Shown: piece after piece, positions 54,056 through 64,000 of the stretch
Layout of the letters: each line of letters opens with the position of its first letter
Numbering within the stretch: position 1 is the stretch's first letter
Source of the DNA: a virus
Lineage: Duplodnaviria; Caudoviricetes
DNA: 64,000 nt
Virus record (IMG/VR): IMGVR_UViG_3300020460_000012
Direction: 5' to 3' (one strand)
Position numbers and translations under genes: made by a program
Notes under the pieces: generated by a model
What the model was told of the DNA's origin: nothing
The model's database searches: none
Seen by the model: the letters and a program-made list of their open reading frames with translations, nothing else

Positions 54056-54577
54056 TTATCTCATGAACTCATTGAAGTCCAGGCCATACTGGATTGAGTT
54101 TACTTTGTGTACGCCTATTAGATATAAAATATAGCTTGCTACGCTAGATCCACGTCCTACGCCCCAAACAATATTATTTTCACGCATAAAATCTACAAGA
54201 TAAACCATATAGCATAGAAGATCTAGCATACCACGAGCTTCGTATTCTATAATTTCCATTTCAACTCTTGTTACCGACTCATGATCAGGACATCGTTGTT
54301 CTAACCAACTAAAAATATCCATGTTTTTATATTCATCTGGCATAAACCATTCAGATTGAAGTACGCCATCAAATTCATCTTTGTTAACGTCTAGTGGAAT
54401 ATATTTTGTAAGTTGTGATATTCCTTGTTCAGTAGCCGCTTTATTAAACAAATCAATATCGTCACTTTCATCACATAATACAACATGGCATTTATCAACG
54501 TGCCCGCTGTAAATCATATCGATAAGATCTTTATTAGAGAATCGTGGTATACCTAGTTCATCTGTTTTCATAAGCAT
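54056..54577 (-). CDS. DnaE (Pol III alpha)-like fragment
   Basis: VWGVGRGSSVASYILYLIGV..F.EF motif; ends before the catalytic PDxDxD. Confidence 0.8.
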   Translation of the reverse strand: MLMKTDELGIPRFSNKDLIDMIYSGHVDKCHVVLCDESDDIDLFNKAATEQGISQLTKYIPLDVNKDEFDGVLQSEWFMPDEYKNMDIFSWLEQRCPDHESVTRVEMEIIEYEARGMLDLLCYMVYLVDFMRENNIVWGVGRGSSVASYILYLIGVHKVNSIQYGLDFNEFMR

Positions 54578-54586
54578 TTGTATAGT

Positions 54587-54826
54587 TTAACTGATATTAA
54601 TCAAATTGTCAAGAGAATTATCATCATTTTGTTGACTTTGTTGACGATTAAGTTCTTTTGCTCTGCGGTCTTGTAATTCTATTTTGTAAATGTCCAAAAC
54701 ATTTGCAATTTGTTGTTGTAAAGATAAGTTTCGTGTTTGGAAATATTTTCTTTGTAAATCACTCACTTTTAATTCAAGCTCTTGAATAGAGAAATGTTCT
54801 AAGCTATCTATATGAGGGTTTATCAT
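54587..54826 (-). CDS. Hypothetical protein
   Basis: 79-aa helical ORF in the operon. Confidence 0.6.
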   Translation of the reverse strand: MINPHIDSLEHFSIQELELKVSDLQRKYFQTRNLSLQQQIANVLDIYKIELQDRRAKELNRQQSQQNDDNSLDNLINIS

Positions 54827-54828
54827 TT

Positions 54829-55425
54829 TTAAGTGTATTGACCTAAGTATTGTGCAAATACTGTTGTACCACTATTGTAAGTCCAAAATTTTACAAGTAA
54901 TGGATTAGTAGCACTATCAAGTGTAAGTTGTGCCGCACTACCTGCGCCTGATACTCTTGGATAGTTTGTATCATATTTAATTGTGCCGCCGCCTGCTACT
55001 GTAAATGTAGCAGTTTTTGCTGTATCATTACCTAAAAGGCTTAGTACCATTTCTGCATACATTGCTCTGGAAGGCCAATCAGAAAGATTAAAAACAATTG
55101 ATGATGTGCCTACAGGTAAATTAGTTGTAATAGTTTGATAATGACCATTTAAAAAACTTACATTTAAACCTGTTACTACTGTACCAACATTATGGTATTG
55201 TTTAGTTTGTAATTGTATATTTGCATCAGCAATATTAGTACCATTAAAGTCATTTGACTTATTAAGTTTTGCACTTTCAGATTGCAATGTTGTAATTTCA
55301 GATTTTGCTGTTGCAAGTCCTGTTTTAATTACTGTAAAGTTATCACGAAATCCTTGCGTATCGTTATCCACACCCGCTATTGGATATGCCGCATCAATTG
55401 TGTCACTTATAATATTACTGGCCAT
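54829..55425 (-). CDS. Putative tail/baseplate structural protein
   Basis: YPIAGVDNDTQGFRDNF N-terminus plus a short coiled coil; GATAAATA upstream. Confidence 0.6.
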   Translation of the reverse strand: MASNIISDTIDAAYPIAGVDNDTQGFRDNFTVIKTGLATAKSEITTLQSESAKLNKSNDFNGTNIADANIQLQTKQYHNVGTVVTGLNVSFLNGHYQTITTNLPVGTSSIVFNLSDWPSRAMYAEMVLSLLGNDTAKTATFTVAGGGTIKYDTNYPRVSGAGSAAQLTLDSATNPLLVKFWTYNSGTTVFAQYLGQYT

Positions 55426-55456
55426 TTTATTTCCTCTACTTTATTATTTATCGCTT

Positions 55457-58400
55457 TTACGTGTTAAATTCGTAATTTGCGAATAGAATATATTGTTCGT
55501 TGTTTTCTTCCTCTGTTGACTTGACAATATATCTATCAATATCAAATGTAATAGTTTTAGTGTCAAATCCATTATTTCTTATATTTTTAAGTATTTCTAC
55601 TGCTTGCCCAGGCTTACAATAACAGATTGGTATAGCTGTAACATAATCTAGTTCTTGGAATCCTGCTTGTGGTGTACGCATCCATAAAGGCAAATAGTTT
55701 CTTTCATTAGCACCTATACCTTTGATATTATCTCTCATATTGTCTATACTAGATATATATCTCAAATTATCTTTTCCCTGACTAACTTTGATTGCGTTAC
55801 TATCTGTTTTGATTGTGTTAGTAACAGGTCTAAAGCGTTGAGGTTCGGAATCTGTAAGTTGTAAAGTAACAGTTGTAGTGCCACCACCTTTTAGGGTAAC
55901 TTCAAAATCATTATTATCTGTATCTACAAATTGGTTCTCACTACTATCACTGCTATCTCTAGTTTCAACAATAAGCACATCTTCTAATTCTTCGAATATA
56001 AATTTAGTGACGCCTCGTGTATAAACAGGAAGGGCATCATAACCTTGGTTATATTTTTGTTCGTCATCTTTTGGACTATATTGCACACTATCAACTGTAA
56101 TCTCTTTCTTTGTGTTAATTGTAAAGCTGGATTTTGTTTTGCCAGTTTTAGAATTTGCAGGATCAATTACTTCAATATAAATTATTTCATACACATCTTT
56201 TGCTGTAGATCCTATACCTGTAGTTGCCTTTGCAGATTTAAAATCTCCTAAAATATATTTTTTACGTTTATGATTCTTTGCGGCCGCGGCTACAAATTTG
56301 TCTACTTTTTTAGATTCTATGCCAGCATACACAAGCATTTCTAAATTTCTTCTAACACCATAATTGGGATCATTTGCTCTATAAATTTTATCAGGATCAA
56401 ATATAGTTCTATCTGAAATAAAGTTTGCATACGTTGTTCTTTCAGCACTAGGTAGTAAAGGACGCATGTATATATCTGTATACTTTTTAGGATCAACATC
56501 AGATACAGTTAAAGTAAACTCCCTTTCAATAGCTGTATAATTAAATCTGTCCCTTGCTTCAATTGTGAATTTATATTTTCTATCAAATGTAGTATCACCA
56601 GGTAGAACACCGTCCCAGGTTACTGCTTTTTTTTCAAAAGTTGTTAAACCTAATGAACCAGGTGTGTTAAACTGTTGTGCATTTCCAATAATTTCACCAT
56701 CTATTGCTAATGTCATTCCAAAAGGTAACTTTCCAGACTTGAGATTGTAAATCATTCTTGTATCTGGGACTGTAGTTTCTGCTTCAACTTTTAAATTACT
56801 AATATAATTTGCAGGTATACTTCCTAAGTTGGCTGCTGTAATCCATTTAATAGAACTATCAATTTCCCCAATTATTTTTACTGAAAATGTTTTTGTTGTG
56901 CTTGGAATGTCTTTAGTATTTGCAACAATAATATTTTCACTAAATGAGTCTCCTCTAAATAATGCAACACCGTAATTGTTACCTTGTGTAAGTTGTCTTG
57001 ATAAATTAACATCAAAGAGTAGCCTATCTTCATTATCTCTCAAAAGCGTAACTAAAAGTTGTGTACTATCGTCTGTTGCAAAATGTGCTTTTATATTAGA
57101 AACTATTCTACTTGTTGCTGTACTAGGAACATGTATTCTCCATCTAGTTGCTTGGTCATTCATAACATTAACATATGCTACTCCACCATATGCCGCTTGA
57201 AGAACTTGTTTCATTGCTTCTACTCTATCTGTAAGTGTCATGCCAGCTACTGTTTCTGCGATTTCTGTCCAGTTTGAAGCTGTAAATACCAGCTGTGTGA
57301 CGCCATTTACACTTGTGCCTGCAGACTGCACTGTATGAGCTACTGTACATTTATAAATTTTTCCATCTCCACCTGTTGCTGTAGTATTAACAATCATATC
57401 ACCTACGTAATAATTTGTGCCTAATGCAATATTTCTTGGAATACCTACAGGATAAATTTGATCGTTAGCAGGAGAAAGCTGTTGTATTTCATATTCAATA
57501 TAAGGAGTAATTTCATTAATTTGATATCTTTCAGATTCTGTAAATCTTAAATATCTTTTATTGTACTTTTCTTTATTAGCTTCACTGAATCTGTTTACAA
57601 ACACATAATCTTGTCCTGACACTGCAGAACGACTAGGAACTAAATTAATACTAGGTGCAAGTGTTTGATCCACAAATATTATGTCGTAGTCTGCATTCCT
57701 ATCGTCAACACTTGTTACTTTATATGATCTATTTTCTAACAATATGTCTCTGTTCACTAACTCAAACAGATCATTAACACCATCTAATGAACCAGTTAAA
57801 TTTAATTTTCCTATTTTAAAATTATTTTTACCAAGTAATGTTTCTTCATAAAATGTTCCTACAATACTTACACTTTCTAAGTCATTTGTCATCCTTGTTG
57901 CACGAACTGTAAACTTATAGTCTTGTGTAATCGCCGCTTGATAAGGAATATTACCTACTAGCTCTCCTAAGTCCTTATCTAATACTAAACCTGGTGGTAA
58001 TATACTTGGTGTTCCATCACTGTTTATATCTTCTAATGAATAAAACATTTTTCCTTCTAATGTAGGATTATCAACAACGTCCAAGTAAATAGTTTGATAA
58101 TTGTTTGCTCTTCGAAATCCTAAATTACCAGGTGTAATCCAAGTAGGTTGTCTTACATTTGTTGCGTCTGATTTAAACACACCTGTACTTGCATTCATTA
58201 ATGTGTTATCTGCTTTTAAGAAATCATCACCTACTACATAAATTGAAAATTCTCTCCTTACAAATGATTCACCGTCTGTAACTGTTACCGCAAAAGGATA
58301 ATATCTATTTAACTTTCTTGGATTAGATGTAGGTTCACTGTAATCATAATTCTGACTATCATAAAAGTAGCTTGAAAAGCCGTTATTAGGCAGTGTACCA

Positions 58401-60865
58401 TAGTCTAACGGAAGTGTACCATATTCTTGCGAATCATAACCCCCATACTCAAATCTTTTGTCTAAAGATAATAATGGATCAGTTATACCTGTCAATAATC
58501 CTGTTTCGGACATAGATATACCAGGTGGTAATGTGCCATCTCCATCTGCAATAAAGAATGATAATTCATCGCCTGCCGCTAAATCTGTATCTGTTGCCGC
58601 TAATTGAAAATTTATTTGAGCACTGTCTAATACATAAAAAACATTATTAGGACCTACTGGTAAATCACCAGCGGCTGTACCCCATACTGGATCATCTGGC
58701 CCAGTAACAGCAAAGTCAAGTGTACGATCCTGCCATGATCCTTTATAATTTGCTCTAATAACTGCTGTAAAAGTTTTATCGTATGCAACTTCATATACAG
58801 TTCCTACTACTCTTGTTCCTTCTAAACGTGTTCCATTAGGTAAGCTTCCGCTTATAAGTTCAAGTGTAGGTGTAACACCATTTGCAATAGGTAGTTGAAT
58901 ATCAACTACACTCCTTTCAATTAAATTAGTAAGTTTTGTGCCTGTAGGAATATTCCATAAATGATTTATATCAAGCCTATCTTGTAATAGTCTTTGATCT
59001 ACTTCTGCAGGTACAAGTGTTCTGCTTTGTTTTGTCTCTGTACCAAATATGTAAGGATAGCTAGGCTTAACTGAAGATATGCTTGTATCTGCTGTCGTTT
59101 CTTCGAATGTTAAAAAATATGCATAAGTTCCATCTGGAAAATCTGGAGTTTTTACATATCTTCCATTGTACCTATCAAGAGTACCGTGCCCTCCTTTGTA
59201 TACAAAGTCTTGTAAAAAGCTTCCAGCTGTCAGTGTAACTTGTCCTATACCTTCTACATCTACTACTCTATCATATTTAAAATCACCCGGTCTATGATCA
59301 TCATTTGGATGTAGTAAATAGCTTGATTTCATTTGAACAACGGCTGTAGTGTTATCTATTCCTGTTTGATATCCGTACGGTCCATAAATAGGATAACCGT
59401 CAAAGCAATATCCAATTATTTTACTATGTCCGTCTATATGCCTAAATTTATCTCCGTTAAAATCCGTAGCGTTGTAATAAGCATTAGCAGAATATATCCT
59501 ATTTGTATTCCAACTATTGTATAAAAAAGATCCATTGTGGTAATGATAAGATCCGTTTATTTCAGGATGCCCTCCCCCGTTGTCTACTCCATATGTAGAA
59601 CCTAGATGCACTGCATTAAAATTAAATCCTATAGGTGGAAATATGTTTGTACCAGGAATAGCATGATCACCTGCACTTGGACTTGTAGCAAGTACTCCAT
59701 TTGCAAATATTCCCATTCCGCCTAACTCCATTTTATCTGGATTAGCAGTGTTTTCTCCGGCTCTATTTTTTATTCTAAAATTATAATTTTGTGCTTTTAT
59801 AACATTTTTATTGACTCCAAAATCCCTTACGCCTGTGTTTGTCATACTTTGTCCTGCTAATGCAGGATACGGATCGCCATTACTCGTAGCAGTGATTACT
59901 TGTCCGTTAAAGGTAAATTGTGTTGCACTAGGATAAGTTCCTTCCTCATCTACAATATTAAGTCTATTAGGATTCCATTTTACTGCACTAATTACACTAG
60001 GCATACTTGGTTGATTGTCGTGTACAAATACAAAGTTATTTTGCACAATAGTTTTAACAGAAGCTGTTGCTTCATGCCCGCCTGGATATTTGTAGTGAAG
60101 TACATCTCCGTGTGGAGTGTTATATGTATATTTGAAAGTGCCACCTATATCAGATGCACCTACATGATCAGGTATTTGGGTACCTGTAAATCCTTGCCCT
60201 TTAGCCGCGACAAATGCACTAGCTTGTGCAGATAAAAATGTATACCCAAACTCATGAGCTCCTCCTGCATATGGAAATCCTGTATCAGTAGTACCATGAA
60301 AGCTTACAAATTTACGTGGTCTAAAAGGTATTTTAATTGTTGGGTAATTTGAAGCATTTATTCCTGTAGACGCTTCGTTAACAGGTATGTAAAAGTTATT
60401 ATTCCTATACATAGGATTAAAAAATGTTGTTGCTACTGTAACTATTTGATCAACAGATGAATCTGATAATTGCACATAAGCCCGATTACAAAGAGCCGCG
60501 CCGTTACTAAAACCTACTAATCTGATTTTTGTTCCGTCTACATTTTCGTATGCTTTTAAATTATCAATTAGATCCTCGAGCATTCTTAAGTCTGGTGCTT
60601 TAGATTCTTCATGAGCTACATTCCAACTATTTAAGTATCCAGTTGGAGCGATTAGTATATGATCAGGTAGATACGTATTCCATTCGTTAAGCATACCTTG
60701 TCCTGTGCCGCCCATTCCATGTAATAATATAGCAACAGGAATACGTTTGTTATTTAAAGTAGATAGGCTAGGAACTCTTACAGCAATAGGATATGTATAT
60801 CCGTTTGGCTGTTGAAACCATGTTTTAGTTATAGTGATCGTTGTATTAGATTGTAATCTAGCCAT
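55457..60865 (-). CDS. Large baseplate-wedge-like protein with N-terminal esterase and YHYH domains
   Basis: GFSNG/HGTTD/GGHE alpha-beta hydrolase triad, YHYH..FDGYPIYGP, repeated LPPG..L Ig-like units and a C-terminal LPLWMRTPQ..CYCKPG. Confidence 0.7.
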   Translation of the reverse strand: MARLQSNTTITITKTWFQQPNGYTYPIAVRVPSLSTLNNKRIPVAILLHGMGGTGQGMLNEWNTYLPDHILIAPTGYLNSWNVAHEESKAPDLRMLEDLIDNLKAYENVDGTKIRLVGFSNGAALCNRAYVQLSDSSVDQIVTVATTFFNPMYRNNNFYIPVNEASTGINASNYPTIKIPFRPRKFVSFHGTTDTGFPYAGGAHEFGYTFLSAQASAFVAAKGQGFTGTQIPDHVGASDIGGTFKYTYNTPHGDVLHYKYPGGHEATASVKTIVQNNFVFVHDNQPSMPSVISAVKWNPNRLNIVDEEGTYPSATQFTFNGQVITATSNGDPYPALAGQSMTNTGVRDFGVNKNVIKAQNYNFRIKNRAGENTANPDKMELGGMGIFANGVLATSPSAGDHAIPGTNIFPPIGFNFNAVHLGSTYGVDNGGGHPEINGSYHYHNGSFLYNSWNTNRIYSANAYYNATDFNGDKFRHIDGHSKIIGYCFDGYPIYGPYGYQTGIDNTTAVVQMKSSYLLHPNDDHRPGDFKYDRVVDVEGIGQVTLTAGSFLQDFVYKGGHGTLDRYNGRYVKTPDFPDGTYAYFLTFEETTADTSISSVKPSYPYIFGTETKQSRTLVPAEVDQRLLQDRLDINHLWNIPTGTKLTNLIERSVVDIQLPIANGVTPTLELISGSLPNGTRLEGTRVVGTVYEVAYDKTFTAVIRANYKGSWQDRTLDFAVTGPDDPVWGTAAGDLPVGPNNVFYVLDSAQINFQLAATDTDLAAGDELSFFIADGDGTLPPGISMSETGLLTGITDPLLSLDKRFEYGGYDSQEYGTLPLDYGTLPNNGFSSYFYDSQNYDYSEPTSNPRKLNRYYPFAVTVTDGESFVRREFSIYVVGDDFLKADNTLMNASTGVFKSDATNVRQPTWITPGNLGFRRANNYQTIYLDVVDNPTLEGKMFYSLEDINSDGTPSILPPGLVLDKDLGELVGNIPYQAAITQDYKFTVRATRMTNDLESVSIVGTFYEETLLGKNNFKIGKLNLTGSLDGVNDLFELVNRDILLENRSYKVTSVDDRNADYDIIFVDQTLAPSINLVPSRSAVSGQDYVFVNRFSEANKEKYNKRYLRFTESERYQINEITPYIEYEIQQLSPANDQIYPVGIPRNIALGTNYYVGDMIVNTTATGGDGKIYKCTVAHTVQSAGTSVNGVTQLVFTASNWTEIAETVAGMTLTDRVEAMKQVLQAAYGGVAYVNVMNDQATRWRIHVPSTATSRIVSNIKAHFATDDSTQLLVTLLRDNEDRLLFDVNLSRQLTQGNNYGVALFRGDSFSENIIVANTKDIPSTTKTFSVKIIGEIDSSIKWITAANLGSIPANYISNLKVEAETTVPDTRMIYNLKSGKLPFGMTLAIDGEIIGNAQQFNTPGSLGLTTFEKKAVTWDGVLPGDTTFDRKYKFTIEARDRFNYTAIEREFTLTVSDVDPKKYTDIYMRPLLPSAERTTYANFISDRTIFDPDKIYRANDPNYGVRRNLEMLVYAGIESKKVDKFVAAAAKNHKRKKYILGDFKSAKATTGIGSTAKDVYEIIYIEVIDPANSKTGKTKSSFTINTKKEITVDSVQYSPKDDEQKYNQGYDALPVYTRGVTKFIFEELEDVLIVETRDSSDSSENQFVDTDNNDFEVTLKGGGTTTVTLQLTDSEPQRFRPVTNTIKTDSNAIKVSQGKDNLRYISSIDNMRDNIKGIGANERNYLPLWMRTPQAGFQELDYVTAIPICYCKPGQAVEILKNIRNNGFDTKTITFDIDRYIVKSTEEENNEQYILFANYEFNT

Positions 60866-60899
60866 ATCATTTCCTTACAACGTATTTATCGGAATAGGA

Positions 60900-61697
60900 T
60901 TATACGGCAATAGGGCCAAAGTCGACTTCTACTTCTTCTTCAGCTGTGATAGATCCCATCTCTACATCTGATTGTGCAATACGAAAATCTATCATATTAC
61001 TTACAGTTTGTGAAAATGCACCAAAGTCCATTTCAGTAAATCTGTTGCTATAGGTAGCAGGGTCAACACCATTTACTAAGCCAGTTACATTACCTGTTAA
61101 TGGTCCAGTAAATCCTGTTGAAGCTATAGTGCCTGCATTGCTTATGTTATAACCTGCCGCATCTAAGTTGCCTCCTAACACAGGCGTAGTATCTTCTGAT
61201 AACTCTAATGCGTCTGATTTATTTGCAAGCTCTATCCATGCACCACCGTGACTGTAATAAGCGCCTCCTGTACTATGGACATGTGCAAATAGTCCGTGGT
61301 ATGTACTTGGATTTGGTAAATCTGCAATGTTTTGATAAACGTTGTTATACTTTATTCTAGCGTCAGCAAAGTCATATTCTTTTGTAACATATGGGTCGCC
61401 TGTTACCGTGCTTTGTGTTAGGTCGTAAACTTTATCATTTGCAATGGTAATATTATCATCTGTTACAGTCAATGATATTCCTGCACCGCCTACAATTTTC
61501 TTAAATTTTAAATCATAGTTAATTCTTTCTTTGAATAATCCTTCACCAGTTGACCCAAGATTTGTTACTGTCGTTTGCTCATCATCACGTAGGTCCAATT
61601 CGTTAAAATTTGCATTTACTTTTACAAATGCTTCTCTTAAATCATCACCAGTTCCGTCGTTTGCTGTATTACCTATATTAATTAGTTGTACTGCCAT
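60900..61697 (-). CDS. Baseplate/tail-fibre attachment protein (gp9/gp10-like N-terminus)
   Basis: INIGNTANDGTGDDLREAFVKVNANF motif. Confidence 0.7.
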   Translation of the reverse strand: MAVQLINIGNTANDGTGDDLREAFVKVNANFNELDLRDDEQTTVTNLGSTGEGLFKERINYDLKFKKIVGGAGISLTVTDDNITIANDKVYDLTQSTVTGDPYVTKEYDFADARIKYNNVYQNIADLPNPSTYHGLFAHVHSTGGAYYSHGGAWIELANKSDALELSEDTTPVLGGNLDAAGYNISNAGTIASTGFTGPLTGNVTGLVNGVDPATYSNRFTEMDFGAFSQTVSNMIDFRIAQSDVEMGSITAEEEVEVDFGPIAV

Positions 61698-61719
61698 CTC
61701 TTTTATCCTTATATACTAT

Positions 61720-63999
61720 TTATGCAGATCTTATTGCCATGTAAATCATAGTGCCGGTATTTATGTCACCACTTGTGGATGTAATTTTAAATCCTGTATT
61801 AGTGAAGTCTATAAGTGATGCCGCTTGATCAATATCTGTGGCATTAGCACTAAGATACTGATCGTTGCCGCCAGTAACTACACCTCTAACAGAGTCAAAT
61901 ATATACCAATTGCCTACATCACTATTAGACCTTTTTATTAGTACCCACTGTGGTTGCCAGCCTAAGTCAACTGTTGGACCATCAGCAGAACTATTACCAG
62001 TGTAGCTACCACACTTAATAATATCAAGATCACCATTAGTGCCAAATCCGCCGTCGCCATCGTTGTGAGCGAATAGGTAGGCTTCGTATTGCCATGTACT
62101 TTGATTAGCTTCATAACCTACAGTAATATTATTCCTTGAAGTCCCTTGTAAATAACTACCTTGTACATAAGCACCGCTAGGAGCAGTCCAATTAAATGCT
62201 GATCCTGAATATGTAGTGCCAGTATCTCTAGTTCCTTTTATAGAATCTAAGGCCATTTGTTTGCCAGAAGCAGAAGTATTTGCTCCAAAGCTTCTGTGCC
62301 AAGTCCACCAACTAGTACCGTTAGTATTAGTTGATTTTATAATAACCATTCCTGGATCAGAATCTAAATTATGAGATAATACCTGTTGTGAATTTGTATC
62401 TCCGGTGTAAGAAACTATATCAAAGAATCTAGGGGCTTTGCGGAATGTCCAAGAGGCGTAATTATTTCCATTTATATTAAAGCCTGATCCGCCAACACCA
62501 GAAACTTGTTCTAATTTAAAGCCGTCGCTATTCCATTGTGAAATTCCGTCTTGGTAATCTAGCATATCATGTTGTCCATTTGTAGTTAGACATTGAATAG
62601 CAAACAATGCTGGATTACTTGATGTAAAAGTTGTAGCTGTCCATCGATGCCCGTTTGCCAAAGTTCTATCTTTAATCCAAACCAATCCACCTTCACCAGC
62701 AAGATTAATTCCATTGGTTATCGTTTGTGTAGCACCATTTCCAGTATACAAAGATGTTGAAAAAATACTGTTGGTTTCTAAGAAGCTGGCGCCTGGCTGT
62801 GCTACTGCGTTCGGCCATACTGTAGTGCTAAAAGTATCAGAAGTTGCATAGGGAGTATATGCAATCCTATTTGTATTTGAATTAGGTGCCCATCCAGAAG
62901 CTCCGCTTACATTATGCATACTGGTCATAATAGAACCATTAGGTTTAGAAATAACTTTTCTTCCATAATTATTATATAACGCATACCCTAAAGGATTATT
63001 AGATTGTACGCCTGATTGTGTTCTACTATTGTCATTCCATTCTGGACTTAATGACCCTCCGTCAACATAACTAAACCATTCCCACATACCTAAAGTTAGT
63101 AAGAAGTAATATTCACGCATCATTAATGCACGTAACTCTGTGTCTGATCCCGGCCATGTACCATAATTGCTTGTGTCAAAAACTCCATTATTCACTGCTT
63201 CGTTACAAGCATTATAAATATCACTTGTTTGATTATTTTGTGCAAATTCAGTAGGAAATGCCGCAGGTAAAGCATAAACTGTTAATGTGTGTAATGCATG
63301 TTCTACACTTTCCATTATTTGTGTATTAGCTGTGTATCCTGCTCCTGTATCATCATATTCCCAAATGTAATCTACATTTTGGAATCTATCTTTAATCAAA
63401 TCTAGTCCAAGATAAAAATTTCCTGCGTTATCTGCTGTAACGGAAGGATCGTAACTAGCACTAGGATTGTAACCTACAAATTGTGCTACATTATATGATT
63501 TCATACCTGCAATGGCCGCTTGTTGATTGGAAGCAACAACATCAGTGCCTGTTGGGTCTAATAGCATTTCATACAATCTTGCAGTTTTTTCTAAAAATGA
63601 ATCTGTAACTGCTGGCTGTCCACCTACTGCTCCCCATGCACATAAACGCAAACCTCTCACATCTAAATGCTTTGCAAATGGTCGCATTTCAGTGCTTGTT
63701 ACAATAGCTTTAGACTCATAATCTGAATTGCCAGCACAATTAATACTGTCATAATCGTCCCAGTTATCCTTTGTGCCTTGATACATTAAATCTTTAGTGC
63801 TATTAGAATGTGCCCAAGTTTTTAATCCTGCAGGAGATATTCCCGGAGATGATTCAAGCACTGTTGCAAGCATGCCACATACATTAGGAGTAGCCATACT
63901 TGTCCCTGAAATTTTCATATTATATTGTGAGCCCTCTAAAGGATGTGTTACTCGTGTTACTCCATCTAAGACTTTATCATTTGAGCCTGAGTTATCATC
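61720..63999 (-). CDS. Tail-associated protein with S8 peptidase C-terminal part and beta-repeat fibre domain; 5' partial
   Basis: Frame is open to the window edge. SGTSMATP subtilase serine motif; YTGNG/GWQPQWVLIKR repeats typical of phage fibre domains. Confidence 0.75.
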   Translation of the reverse strand, partial: DDNSGSNDKVLDGVTRVTHPLEGSQYNMKISGTSMATPNVCGMLATVLESSPGISPAGLKTWAHSNSTKDLMYQGTKDNWDDYDSINCAGNSDYESKAIVTSTEMRPFAKHLDVRGLRLCAWGAVGGQPAVTDSFLEKTARLYEMLLDPTGTDVVASNQQAAIAGMKSYNVAQFVGYNPSASYDPSVTADNAGNFYLGLDLIKDRFQNVDYIWEYDDTGAGYTANTQIMESVEHALHTLTVYALPAAFPTEFAQNNQTSDIYNACNEAVNNGVFDTSNYGTWPGSDTELRALMMREYYFLLTLGMWEWFSYVDGGSLSPEWNDNSRTQSGVQSNNPLGYALYNNYGRKVISKPNGSIMTSMHNVSGASGWAPNSNTNRIAYTPYATSDTFSTTVWPNAVAQPGASFLETNSIFSTSLYTGNGATQTITNGINLAGEGGLVWIKDRTLANGHRWTATTFTSSNPALFAIQCLTTNGQHDMLDYQDGISQWNSDGFKLEQVSGVGGSGFNINGNNYASWTFRKAPRFFDIVSYTGDTNSQQVLSHNLDSDPGMVIIKSTNTNGTSWWTWHRSFGANTSASGKQMALDSIKGTRDTGTTYSGSAFNWTAPSGAYVQGSYLQGTSRNNITVGYEANQSTWQYEAYLFAHNDGDGGFGTNGDLDIIKCGSYTGNSSADGPTVDLGWQPQWVLIKRSNSDVGNWYIFDSVRGVVTGGNDQYLSANATDIDQAASLIDFTNTGFKITSTSGDINTGTMIYMAIRSA

Positions 64000-64000
64000 T

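Noticed and set aside
54056-54577. dnaE pseudogene or frameshifted polymerase
   Set aside because: No DnaE continuation downstream; the next gene is unrelated and has its own SD.
1-64000. Stop-codon reassignment (alternative genetic code)
   Set aside because: Long ORFs are intact in code 11, and TAG, TGA and TAA all end genes at tight junctions (panD TAG, TauD TAG, many ATGA overlaps).
1-64000. tRNA, rRNA, CRISPR array, transposase, intron or intein
   Set aside because: None recognised by eye, and PolB, ClpA and ThyX have normal lengths. A tRNAscan/Infernal run is needed to exclude short RNAs.

Overview
A gene-dense, AT-rich segment of a large tailed dsDNA phage genome, most likely a T4-distant myovirus. 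Almost all genes are on the minus strand, and spanins imply a Gram-negative host. The window has no rRNA, tRNA, CRISPR array or transposase that I can recognise. In order it holds: (i) an oxygenase / ATP-grasp / radical SAM / PanD island; (ii) a tail-fibre-like gene, a MoxR-vWA pair and several 2OG-Fe(II) oxygenases; (iii) a 7-deazaguanine module (FolE, QueE, a QueD-paralogue with LxxxHRHxF, a TGT-fold protein) interleaved with a GT-B glycosyltransferase and sugar-nucleotide genes next to the sliding clamp and family B DNA polymerase; (iv) a 7 kb array of genes with Glu-ending capsid-targeting-like N-termini that look like protease-processed virion cargo polyproteins; (v) ClpA, DnaJ, a lysis cassette and PhoH; (vi) a five-gene operon with a heme/Cu monooxygenase, two lipoproteins and PqqA; (vii) ThyX, ferredoxin, clamp loader, MazG, GroES and a DnaE fragment; (viii) baseplate and tail genes. 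The best signals are missing from the supplied ORF track and were translated by hand: a 23-aa PqqA precursor (47127-47198) and a 26-aa, 9-Cys metallothionein-like peptide (32413-32493). All protein calls come from motif recognition; no database searches were run.
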